DNA of 27,931 nt. Source: K189A clade bacterium (lineage in GTDB: Bacteria; Pseudomonadota; Gammaproteobacteria; Pseudomonadales; Azotimanducaceae). Within the stretch, counting starts at the first letter, position 1. Each line of letters begins with the position of its first letter. Made by a program: the position numbers and the translations under genes. The DNA is taken from positions 1 to 27,931 of the forward strand of contig RKSB01000122.1 of assembly GCA_007571095.1 (NCBI GenBank). The letters are read 5' to 3'. The notes below the pieces were generated by a model, which did not search any database, was not told where the DNA came from, and saw only the letters and a program-made list of their open reading frames with translations. This document shows positions 17,463-26,057 of this stretch, in pieces.

Positions 17463-17550
17463 TTTAAGGCCTTGAAAAGCTCAAGGATATCTTTTTCAAA
17501 AGGCAACTGCCGCAAAAAACGGCGAGACTGTGTGCAGGAGAGGGGCAGTT

Positions 17551-17973
17551 TCAGTCGTCGATCAGGGCGGTCGCAGTGCCTCTGAGCACTTCCTGGTCTT
17601 TCTGGTTGACGGTGACCACGGAAAGGTTGACCAGCAGTTCACCCTCTTCCTGAAGTATTTCCTCCACGGTAGCGGTCGCGGTGAGCGTGTCGCCCGGCCA
17701 TACCTGGCTGGTAAAGCGAACTCCGTACTTTCTCAGTCGTCCGTCTCCTACGTAATCGGTCAGCATTTTCGCAGTCATACCCATGGTCAGCATGCCGTGT
17801 GCGAAGACCGAAGGGTATCGGGCCACCTGTGTGGCGAAAACCTCATCCGTGTGGATTGGGTTGTAATCGCCCGAAGCCCCTGCGTACTGCACGAGCTGAG
17901 TACGTTTCAGGTCTTTGACCAGCTCCTGCGTGCAGGTGTCGCCTGTTTTTAATTCGCTTGCTTTTAATGCCAT
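17551..17973 (-). CDS. MaoC-family (R)-enoyl-CoA hydratase/dehydratase
   Basis: YAGASGDYNPIHTD hydratase motif, AHGMLT, VRFTSQVWPGDTL. Confidence 0.9.
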   Translation of the reverse strand: MALKASELKTGDTCTQELVKDLKRTQLVQYAGASGDYNPIHTDEVFATQVARYPSVFAHGMLTMGMTAKMLTDYVGDGRLRKYGVRFTSQVWPGDTLTATATVEEILQEEGELLVNLSVVTVNQKDQEVLRGTATALIDD

Positions 17974-17979
17974 GGTTGC

Positions 17980-18486
17980 CTACTTCTGTTCAATGGTTTT
18001 TTCGGTGACTACTCCGACCATGCGAGCGGTTACCACCAGTTCGCCCTTCTGGTCTCTGTATTCGGTAATGCTTTCGCTGAACCTTAACGTACCTGCCCGC
18101 CTGGATTCCTTGGACCATTTTTTGCCGGGTCGATTGGTTGCGGTCAGCACATCACCCGCTTGAGGGTGTCGGTGATATTCAAAATGCTGCTCGGCATGCA
18201 ACATTCCACTGCTCGCTCCACCGCCTGCTCCGCCCGATCCTTTTTTTCGCTCGATACCGCTGGGTTTTCCGCCGGAACCAAACCAGGGTTCGCCGATTTT
18301 TGGGCGCAGGGGATAGTTGGGGTCGAATTGCGCACTCGCCTGGACGAATGTTGGTGGTGCAATCACAGCCTGAGGCTCGGTGTCGGCGGCATAGTCTGCG
18401 TCAGAGTAAATCCGGTTGGGATCCCCCACCGCTCTTGCAAAGGTCATGATGTGTCCCGCTTCAACGGGGAATTTTATATTCGACAT
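17980..18486 (-). CDS. MaoC-like hot-dog dehydratase partner subunit (MaoC_dehydrat_N/FAS1-like)
   Basis: FARAVGDPN, APPTF, LHAEQHFEYHR..AGDVL. Confidence 0.8.
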   Translation of the reverse strand: MSNIKFPVEAGHIMTFARAVGDPNRIYSDADYAADTEPQAVIAPPTFVQASAQFDPNYPLRPKIGEPWFGSGGKPSGIERKKGSGGAGGGASSGMLHAEQHFEYHRHPQAGDVLTATNRPGKKWSKESRRAGTLRFSESITEYRDQKGELVVTARMVGVVTEKTIEQK

Positions 18487-18579
18487 GAACAAACATTCCT
18501 GTAATTTTCATTCACTTGATGGCCCGATCTTTTTCAAAGTCAGCACTTAAACCCTGTGTACTCTATCAAAACCGGAAGA

Positions 18580-19344
18580 CTAGCGAGGAGCAAATCTCTG
18601 CCCACTGTCAACTCTTACGGTTGAGCCGTTCATCATGGCACACTCAAAGATGGCGATTGCCATCACGGCGAACTCGTGTGGCCTGCCCATGCGGCGCGGA
18701 AAAGCCGCATCTTTGGTCAGCTGAGTCGAAAAGCTGTCGGGTATGCCGGCGGTCAGCCCGGTATCAAACAGGCTGGGGGCGATGGTCATTGCCCGAATGC
18801 CGGCGGCACCCAGATCTCTTGCCAATACCAGCGTCATTCCGGCGATGCCGGCTTTGGCGGCGGCGTAGGCAACCTGACCTATCTGGCCTTCAAAGGCGGC
18901 AATGGATGCCGTGTTGATCATGACACCGCGTTCACCTTCGGCATTCGGCTCGTTGGCACTCATGTGCCGTGCACAGACTCTGTTGACGTTGAAAGAGGAG
19001 ATCAGATTGAGATCGACAATTCTCTGGAATTCCTCCAGGGGATGCATTTTACCGGTTTTGTCCAGAGTCCTGATGGCCAGCCCGCCACCTGCCGTATTGA
19101 CACAGAAGTGTAATCCGCCAAGGTCTTTCACCGCCGAGTCTATGACTCGTTCCGTCGCTTCATAATCCATCACGTTGCAGGCATGGAATTTGCCGCCCAA
19201 AGCGTCGGCAACAGCCTGACCGTCAGAGCTTTCGAGGTCGAGAATGGCCACCTCGCCGCCCTTTTCAACAAACATTTCGGCGGTTGCCCTGCACATTCCG
19301 GAAGCGCCGCCGACCATGATGCCTTTACTACCCTTTATCTGCAT
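18580..19344 (-). CDS. SDR, 3-hydroxyacyl-CoA dehydrogenase type II (HSD17B10-like)
   Basis: GGASGMC, NTAGGG, GERGVMINTASIAAFEGQIGQVAYAAAKAG, RMGRPHEF. Confidence 0.9.
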   Translation of the reverse strand: MQIKGSKGIMVGGASGMCRATAEMFVEKGGEVAILDLESSDGQAVADALGGKFHACNVMDYEATERVIDSAVKDLGGLHFCVNTAGGGLAIRTLDKTGKMHPLEEFQRIVDLNLISSFNVNRVCARHMSANEPNAEGERGVMINTASIAAFEGQIGQVAYAAAKAGIAGMTLVLARDLGAAGIRAMTIAPSLFDTGLTAGIPDSFSTQLTKDAAFPRRMGRPHEFAVMAIAIFECAMMNGSTVRVDSGQRFAPR

Positions 19345-19423
19345 TAACAAGCCCTCAGGAAGGAGATTATTTGTTCCGCCTTAGTGTACATCATTAGCAA
19401 CTGCCATTAATAACCGCCAATAA

Positions 19424-20302
19424 CTAACGGGCTTCTGCCGACACTTGATGGTTCGAGTAAACGGCCAGACGGGTACCCTCCTCCAGGTAGAAGTCCCGGG
19501 TTTGAGTCTTTACGACAGCCAGTAGCAGACTCTTGCCGTCATCAACAGACGAGTTTATGATCCGGCCGATGAGTTTTTCCGTTTGGTCAAGAATCGGGGC
19601 CCCTTCCGGTACTTTCGTCGAGTTGCAGGTCAGGACAATCGAGTGACTTTTCAGTTTGCCCTGAGAGTGGGTTCTGGCAATGATTTCCTGACCGAGATAA
19701 CAACCCTTGTCATAATCAATTGCACCCAGTGCTTCGAATCCGAGCACCTGAGGCAGAAACTTTCCGCTGTTTGCTTCGATGATTCGACTCCGTTGTCGAA
19801 CAATCTCCAGTGCCTGAAAGCTTCGGTCGCCATCCTCGCCCAGGCCCGACTCGGCGGATTCAACAGTCCAGCAGACCACAACTTCCGGCAGGTAGCTGTA
19901 GCGAAGCCATAAGCTGTTCTCGCCCAGGCAGCCACCGCCAATCTTCGGCAAGGCTGTCGAGGGGATTTGGTCGAATCGCAGCCAATAGCTCTTCACGAAA
20001 GCATCCGCTTCGAGGGTCAGCCTTGCCAGCCGCAAAAAAATATTCAGATGCCGCTGAAGAGAGGACAGGGCATTCCGGTGCAGAACAAGACGATAACCCC
20101 TTTCCTCCTTGAAAATATCCAGATCTGCGACGACTCGGCCCTGACGATTGCAGCAGCTGGTCGTTTGAAGCGCGTTGACCTCCAGAGCCTGTATGTTGCT
20201 GGTCGTGTAGTTGTGCAGAAAGTCTTCGGCACCTTCTCCCGAAAGCCTGAGCATCACCAGGTGGTCAAGAGTCCGGGAAGGGTGAGCAGCAGGTTGAGTC
20301 AT
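19424..20302 (-). CDS. ygfZ: Folate-binding Fe-S/tRNA-modification protein YgfZ
   Basis: Signature KGCYLGQEIIAR; N-terminal LSGEGAEDFLH; divergent from sdhE as in other Gammaproteobacteria. Confidence 0.92.
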   Translation of the reverse strand: MTQPAAHPSRTLDHLVMLRLSGEGAEDFLHNYTTSNIQALEVNALQTTSCCNRQGRVVADLDIFKEERGYRLVLHRNALSSLQRHLNIFLRLARLTLEADAFVKSYWLRFDQIPSTALPKIGGGCLGENSLWLRYSYLPEVVVCWTVESAESGLGEDGDRSFQALEIVRQRSRIIEANSGKFLPQVLGFEALGAIDYDKGCYLGQEIIARTHSQGKLKSHSIVLTCNSTKVPEGAPILDQTEKLIGRIINSSVDDGKSLLLAVVKTQTRDFYLEEGTRLAVYSNHQVSAEAR

Positions 20303-20438
20303 TCCGTCAAGTTTATTCTGAGCCAGAACTCCTGATTATAGAACCGAACCATCCTCCGCACGCCGGTTTTTTCGCCGGCCTGCGCTACACTTAAAGTCTT
20401 ACAGTCAGGGTCCTCTTTGTAGCTATATCTTTTGGTCT

Positions 20439-20705
20439 ATGGTTGACAAGATTGAACGAGCACGCATTCTGTGGCGCAGTCGCCGCGGGCTGCTGGAACT
20501 TGATCTGTTCCTGATCCCCTTTGCTGACCACTGCTACAGTAAGCTTTCGGCGAGCGACCGGGCAGCCTATCGGCAAATGCTTCTGGTTGACGATGTCGAT
20601 CTGATTGACTGGCTGAAACGCGTATCGGAGCCGGAAACGCTTGAGTTCAAACGTGTAGTTGAGCAAATAATTCACCATGCCGAAACCCATTCCACTGAAA
20701 CCTAG
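20439..20705 (+). CDS. sdhE: FAD assembly factor SdhE (YgfY)
   Basis: RILWRSRRGLLELDLFL; 88 aa; conserved position. Confidence 0.92.
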   Translation: MVDKIERARILWRSRRGLLELDLFLIPFADHCYSKLSASDRAAYRQMLLVDDVDLIDWLKRVSEPETLEFKRVVEQIIHHAETHSTET

Positions 20706-21099
20706 TTTCGTCTGCCTTGTCCTGTCCTGTCTTTGCCTGGTTGCACTTCTGGCAACCATCCTTCTGTCCGCTGAAGCCTATGGTCTGCTCCTGCTGATTC
20801 CGGCTCTGTATCTGGCTATTCAATGCTGGCGGCTCAATCGACAGTTTGTCTGGGTAGCCCCACCAGCGGAGAGCCTTCCGCAGGGCAGGCCTTCAGGATG
20901 GCGTCTTGGCTGCAGGGATGGCTCAGTCGTCAACGCCCATCTGGCGGACGCCCTGATCTATCCGCTGGAGTTTACGGTGATCAGGTTCGAAGGCGTTCTC
21001 GGGCGACACTCTCTTTTCTTGTGGCCGGACTCGGCTTCGAAACCGCACTTGCGACGGCTGCGTTTTTTGTGTTCGTCGTATTTGCCTCCAAAGGCCTGA
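20677..21099 (+). CDS. ygfX: YgfX-like membrane protein
   Basis: Two N-terminal TM segments, C-terminal WPDS...LRRLR; overlaps sdhE as ygfX usually does. Confidence 0.55.
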   Translation: MPKPIPLKPSFVCLVLSCLCLVALLATILLSAEAYGLLLLIPALYLAIQCWRLNRQFVWVAPPAESLPQGRPSGWRLGCRDGSVVNAHLADALIYPLEFTVIRFEGVLGRHSLFLWPDSASKPHLRRLRFLCSSYLPPKA

Positions 21100-21355
21100 A
21101 TAATGGGCCAAAAAGCTTGTTATAGCTAGCCTGAGCGAGTAACATGACAGTCTTCGACTGGCGAGTTGGAAAAACCGGAAAAAAAGAGAGAGCGGTAGTG
21201 GCAAAACCCAGCGTGCCGGTTTTTTTCGGCAGGGTGCCAGCTTCGATGCTTAAATTGCAGGATTCCCTCTTTTTGAATGCTTCCTACAGACGAATTCCTT
21301 AATTTGTGAGCATTGCTCAGTCTTTCTCAGGTTTTCTTGGGGTTAGTTGCACAAC

Positions 21356-21394
21356 TTTTTTTGTAATTATAAGTCTTATTTTTTTTGTAATTAT
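21356..21394. repeat. 15-bp direct repeat TTTTTTTGTAATTAT, two copies, period 24 bp
   Basis: Exact copies at 21356-21370 and 21380-21394, abutting the sigmaE -35 element. Confidence 0.85.
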
Positions 21395-21422
21395 GAACCT
21401 TTCGGCAAGAAAAGGCGTCTAC
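21395..21422 (+). promoter_or_regulatory. Putative sigmaE (RpoE/AlgU)-dependent autoregulatory promoter
   Basis: GAACCT (21395-21400)-N17-TCTAC (21418-21422) matches the GAACTT-N16/17-TCTRA-type consensus, ~130 bp upstream of rpoE. Confidence 0.65.
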
Positions 21423-21553
21423 ATGGCAAGCACCAAAAGCTTTTTGGTGACCTTTGTTGGCAAAAACCTTGGCAGAAACCGGAATCTACAGAGGCGGAAT
21501 TCACAGAAGTTTGACCGAACCTTCTGTTTGTGTTCCTGCGCATTTCACGCAGT

Positions 21554-22129
21554 ATGAAGAACTCCGCCGATCACCTTCTGGTTCAGGAAACCGCTCGCGG
21601 CAACACCAAGGCATTCGACGCGCTGGTGTTGAAATACCAGCACAGGATTATCGGAGCGATCAGCAGATATATCGGAAATCCCAGTGAGGCTCAGGATGCC
21701 GCTCAGGACGCATTTATCAAGGCCTATGAAGCACTGCCCAAATTTCGGGGAGAAAGTGAGTTTTACACCTGGCTCTATCGGATCGCCATCAATACCGCCA
21801 AGAATTACCTTGTTCGGTCGGGCAGATCTCCCAAGCTGGTTGACTATGATGTCCATGATGCCGAGCATTATGTCCCCGAGCGTTTGCAGAGCGACAGCCT
21901 GGCTCCTGATGCGGAACTCCTGCAGGAAGATCTGCACAGGAGGATTTTTTCGGCCATCGCCAAATTGCCCGAGGATTTGAGAGTGGCTATTACTTTGCGT
22001 GAACTCGAGGGTTTCAACTATCAACAAATTGCAGATGCTACCGATTGTCCGATTGGTACGGTTCGATCCAGAATTTTTCGTGCCCGAGAGATTCTGAACG
22101 AAGTTATCCATCCTTTGTCTGAGCAGTGA
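21554..22129 (+). CDS. rpoE: ECF sigma factor RpoE (sigma24/AlgU)
   Basis: AFDALVLKYQHRI, FRGESEFYTWLYRIAINTAKNYL, CPIGTVRSRIFRARE. Confidence 0.96.
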   Translation: MKNSADHLLVQETARGNTKAFDALVLKYQHRIIGAISRYIGNPSEAQDAAQDAFIKAYEALPKFRGESEFYTWLYRIAINTAKNYLVRSGRSPKLVDYDVHDAEHYVPERLQSDSLAPDAELLQEDLHRRIFSAIAKLPEDLRVAITLRELEGFNYQQIADATDCPIGTVRSRIFRAREILNEVIHPLSEQ

Positions 22130-22207
22130 TGAAGGACGAGAGCATCACAACTTGAGCATTTGTCGTCAAGAAGCGCGCGTTCAGTAAACAGGAAATTGGA
22201 GGAAACA

Positions 22208-22921
22208 GTGAACAGGGAAACAGGGAAAAACAGGGAATTAGAGAAGTTAAAGCAGACAGCGTCGGCTGTTCTCGACGACGAAGCGACCGAGAAAGAGATA
22301 CTTGCTCTGGTAGCGAAAACGGATTCGGAACAGGACTCGCTCGCTCTTGAGCAGTGCTGGTATCGGTACAATCTTGTCAGCCAGGCACTGAGATCGAATG
22401 CAGAAACCCGCCTGTCCAACAGTCTCAATGCGAATTCACTCAGTTCTGGAGCGGATTTTCTGGCGGGTGTTCGCGCCGGAATCGCTCGGCTTCCCGATCA
22501 TAAAACCGTCAGTCGCCCCGCCGCCGTCACTCGGCCCGTGCGGGCCCTTGACCGGATCTGGCAATGGGGCATGAAGCCGCTGACAATTGCTGCATCCCTT
22601 TGTTTGCTGGTGGTTCTGGGATTCAACCTGTCTGTCGACCCTGATCTGGGCGGATCGAGCAACTATGCCCAGAATACAGGCGATACCCTGAATCCGGATG
22701 TGATCACCCAGGCCGATGTCGTACAGGCCGATCTGGTAGATGTCGCGAACGATTCTTTCGCCAACCCTTCGGAGAAAGAGGTTTCGGCTCTCAGACGTCA
22801 ATTTCTGCAGTCACGTGCAGATGCCTACAAGTTTGAGCATGTCAGCAAAAACGCCACCGGCATCGGACTGGCCCCTCTTTTCAGGGTAGCAGCTGACAAT
22901 GCCGGCGATGACGAGCAGTAA
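22208..22921 (+). CDS. rseA: Anti-sigmaE factor RseA/MucA
   Basis: SAVLDDE, WYRYNLVSQALR, a single TM segment (LTIAASLCLLVVLGF); GGAGG SD before GTG 22208; follows rpoE. Confidence 0.8.
   Translation: MNRETGKNRELEKLKQTASAVLDDEATEKEILALVAKTDSEQDSLALEQCWYRYNLVSQALRSNAETRLSNSLNANSLSSGADFLAGVRAGIARLPDHKTVSRPAAVTRPVRALDRIWQWGMKPLTIAASLCLLVVLGFNLSVDPDLGGSSNYAQNTGDTLNPDVITQADVVQADLVDVANDSFANPSEKEVSALRRQFLQSRADAYKFEHVSKNATGIGLAPLFRVAADNAGDDEQ
22211..22236. repeat. Short tandem repeat AACAGGGA x3 at the 5' end of rseA
   Basis: Copies at 22211-22218, 22219-22226 and 22229-22236. Confidence 0.7.
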
Positions 22922-24005
22922 CCAATCGGGTCTCATACGACCGAGAGCAGGGAGAAGCGTTTTTGCTCTGCTGACTTTCGTTCTGACGGTCTTTTGCATC
23001 AATGCTGGCTATGGAGCCAGTTCGACAGATGAGCAAAAGGTCCTTCTGGAACGTCTGCAATCCATGTCGAGGGCTGTTGATTCAATCAACTACAAGGGGT
23101 TGCTTGTCTATCATTCGGGCGATGAGGTACCGGCACGTTTTCAGATTCAACACGGGCGAGTTGGCGGCAAGATCTTTGAACGTCTTGTTCACATGGGCGA
23201 TCTGTACCGAGAGACGGTGAGACACGGGAATGAACTGACCCTGATTGCTCGAATCGGCGACGATTTTCTCCGCAGAACGCTCGACAGCGACCAGGCCAGT
23301 CTGTTCAATCGTTCGTTCGTCAAGATGTTTGGCACTATTCCGGCTCAGTATCGCCTGGTCGCTGGCCCAACAACCAGACTGGCTGATCGAAACGCCGATC
23401 TGGTCAAGGTGATGCCTCGGGACAATCATCGTTATGGCTATCGAATGTGGCTGGATACGTCTTCCGATCTGCTGTTGCGTTTTGAGGTCATAAACACTCA
23501 GAGAAATATTCTGGAGTTCTTCTCTTTTGAAGAGGTTGTCATAGGCGAACAGATAGAACCGGACGATACGGCCGTCAAGACTCGCCCAAATCAGGCCAGA
23601 GTGAGAATTCTGTTGCACGAAACAGAGTCTCCAACTACCCAGGAGCCTGTATTCCAGAGGGATGATGTCCGTTGGCGACCCGAGTGGCTGCCGGCGGGAT
23701 TCGAGAAGGTTTCCTACGGCACGCACCAGCCTCCTCGAAAAGACATCGGAAGCTTTCACAGCTTTGTCTATTCTGACGGACTGGCAGCCTTTTCTCTGTA
23801 CATTGAGAGCATTAGCGAGGGGGCAGCCGAGTCCTTTACTCGACATACGGGGAGTACAGCCACCGTGATCAAAGAGGTTGAAGACGCTCCGAAGCCTGCC
23901 TATATGGTCACGGTGGTAGGTGAAATACCTATGGCCACTGCCCATCGCATCGTCCAATCGGTGAGTTACCAGGAAAAGCCTGGTTCAGAACCAGCCACTC
24001 TTTGA
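22899..24005 (+). CDS. rseB: Periplasmic sigmaE regulator RseB/MucB
   Basis: Signal-peptide-like N-terminus, NYKGLLVY, PRDNHRYGYRMWLD, WLPAGF, YSDGLAAFSLYIE, TVVGEIPMATA. Exact start uncertain. Confidence 0.88.
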   Translation: MPAMTSSNQSGLIRPRAGRSVFALLTFVLTVFCINAGYGASSTDEQKVLLERLQSMSRAVDSINYKGLLVYHSGDEVPARFQIQHGRVGGKIFERLVHMGDLYRETVRHGNELTLIARIGDDFLRRTLDSDQASLFNRSFVKMFGTIPAQYRLVAGPTTRLADRNADLVKVMPRDNHRYGYRMWLDTSSDLLLRFEVINTQRNILEFFSFEEVVIGEQIEPDDTAVKTRPNQARVRILLHETESPTTQEPVFQRDDVRWRPEWLPAGFEKVSYGTHQPPRKDIGSFHSFVYSDGLAAFSLYIESISEGAAESFTRHTGSTATVIKEVEDAPKPAYMVTVVGEIPMATAHRIVQSVSYQEKPGSEPATL

Positions 24006-24041
24006 CGATTGCCTCCGCTTCAGAATCTTTCGCAGCAGACC

Positions 24042-24497
24042 ATGGATATTGAAGTCGAAGTTCTCGATCAGGACGAGGACTCTGCCTCTATGCAGCCAAA
24101 CTCTCTGTGTGCCCATTGCACAAAGAGAGGCACCTGCAGCATCGGGCTTTTTGAGCCCCGGCGCGTTTTTGGTTTGCCCAGGCATCTCCTGGACGAAACT
24201 CTGGCCATGAAAATTGGCGGAACCTACACGCTTCATCTGCCGGAAATCCTTGCCAGAAAGGTGCTTCTGGTTTACAGTTTGCCGCTGGTAGTACTGGTTG
24301 CTTCAGTTCTGGCAACTTCTCTGATGGAAGAGGGAATGTCCGCCGGTCTGCAATTGACGGTCGTTCTGTTGGCGATGTTGCTGGGTTACGGTTCTGCCTG
24401 GTGCCTGATGACCAGAATGAAGTTTTTTTCCACCTGGCCGGCTGTGCGAGTAACAGTGAAGGATAGAGCCTCCGGTTCGTCGCCGGTCTCGACCTGA
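24042..24497 (+). CDS. rseC: RseC/MucC family protein
   Basis: CxxC-x5-C (CAHCTKRGTC), LLVYSLPL, two TM segments; operon position. Confidence 0.72.
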   Translation: MDIEVEVLDQDEDSASMQPNSLCAHCTKRGTCSIGLFEPRRVFGLPRHLLDETLAMKIGGTYTLHLPEILARKVLLVYSLPLVVLVASVLATSLMEEGMSAGLQLTVVLLAMLLGYGSAWCLMTRMKFFSTWPAVRVTVKDRASGSSPVST

Positions 24498-24527
24498 CCT
24501 GGACTCGATCTGTAAAAGGAGTTTTTT

Positions 24528-25976
24528 GTGCTAGTCCGTACTCGTGGTTTGCTTTTTTTCATCTGTCGGCTGGCGGTTTTTTGTCTGATAGCAACCGGCC
24601 TGACGTCGTCGCTGAGCAGGGCTCAAAATCTGCCCGATTTCACTGGTCTGGTCAAGCGCTGGGAGGGTTCCGTGGTCAATATATCGGCCATTCATCAGGC
24701 ACCCTCTGCACCTGTTGATCCGATCAGAGAGTATTTCAGGCAGTTTGCTCCGCCGAATACTCCGCCCCGTCTTGTCCCCCCCGGCTCTCTGGGCTCAGGA
24801 TTCATTATCTCTTCGGACGGCTTTGTGCTCACCAACGCTCACGTCATTACAGGTGCCGATCAAATACTGGTTCGGTTGTCGGACAGGCGAGAACTGGTAG
24901 CCGAGGTGGTCGGCACAGACGAGATTTCGGATATCGCCCTGTTGAAGATAGATGCTCGGGGTCTGCCGGCGGTGCAGATTGGTCGTTCGGATGAAATCAG
25001 CGTTGGTGAATGGGTTCTGGCAATTGGCAGCCCCTTTGACTTTGATTATTCGGTAACGGCGGGCATCGTCAGCGCGTTGCAGCGCAGTCTTCCAACGAGA
25101 AACAACGCCAATTATGTGCCGTTTATTCAGACAGACGTAGCCATCAACCCCGGCAATTCAGGCGGTCCTCTGTTCAACCTCAAGGGTGAGGTTATAGGTA
25201 TCAACTCCCAGATATACACGCGAACGGGTAGTTATGCCGGGCTCTCTTTTGCGATTCCGATAGCTGTGGCAATGGAGATTGTCGAGCAGCTCAAGACCGA
25301 CGGGCAGGTCGCTCGCGGCTGGCTCGGAGTGGTTATTCAGGAAGTGAGCTTCGAATTGGCTGAATCCTTTGGCTTAAGCAGGCCGCAGGGTGCTCTTGTC
25401 AGCCAGGTGTTACCGGACAGCCCCGCCGAAAAAGCCGGTCTTCAGCAGGGCGACATAGTCACCAAAATCGACGGCAAGCCGATTAATTTATCCAGTGACC
25501 TGCCTCACATCGTTGGCCGAATTAAGCCTGATACTCTTGTTTCAGCATCCATTGTTCGAGGCCGCCGAGTGATGGAGGTACAGATTCGCCTCGGCGAACT
25601 TCTCAGCGACCAGTCACCTCCCCGAATCGCCGGCTCGAGTCCAAGGCCTGGCCAGCGAGGCAGCCTGGACAATGCAGCCGGTATTCAGGTCAGATCACTG
25701 ACAGACAGGGAGATTCAGCAGTTGAGACGTGCAGGCTGGGATGCGAGCATCAAAGGCCTGCTGGTGGAGAAGACTCGCCAGGGTCCTGCAACTCGGGCAG
25801 GCATCCTGACAGGGGACATACTGGTATCCATCAATGGCGTCCAGCTGACTTCGCCTCGACAGATGAATTCTCTTGTAAACAGGTTGCCGTCGGGACAAAA
25901 AGTGCCAGTTTATTTGATCAGAGGGCGTACGGCTCTGTTTGTACCCTTGCAGATATTTGATTCTGATCGGAATTAA
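24528..25976 (+). CDS. degP: HtrA/DegP-family periplasmic serine protease (MucD-like) with two PDZ domains
   Basis: LTNAHV, SDIAL, GNSGGPL catalytic triad; RGWLGV PDZ1; GDIL in PDZ2. Confidence 0.93.
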   Translation: MLVRTRGLLFFICRLAVFCLIATGLTSSLSRAQNLPDFTGLVKRWEGSVVNISAIHQAPSAPVDPIREYFRQFAPPNTPPRLVPPGSLGSGFIISSDGFVLTNAHVITGADQILVRLSDRRELVAEVVGTDEISDIALLKIDARGLPAVQIGRSDEISVGEWVLAIGSPFDFDYSVTAGIVSALQRSLPTRNNANYVPFIQTDVAINPGNSGGPLFNLKGEVIGINSQIYTRTGSYAGLSFAIPIAVAMEIVEQLKTDGQVARGWLGVVIQEVSFELAESFGLSRPQGALVSQVLPDSPAEKAGLQQGDIVTKIDGKPINLSSDLPHIVGRIKPDTLVSASIVRGRRVMEVQIRLGELLSDQSPPRIAGSSPRPGQRGSLDNAAGIQVRSLTDREIQQLRRAGWDASIKGLLVEKTRQGPATRAGILTGDILVSINGVQLTSPRQMNSLVNRLPSGQKVPVYLIRGRTALFVPLQIFDSDRN

Positions 25977-26057
25977 TGGCGCGTTTTCTTTCGGCCTTAA
26001 TGGTCTGCTCCCCTTTCGGCTCGCCGTTTTCTGAATTCGAGTGGCGAGGCCGTAGCC

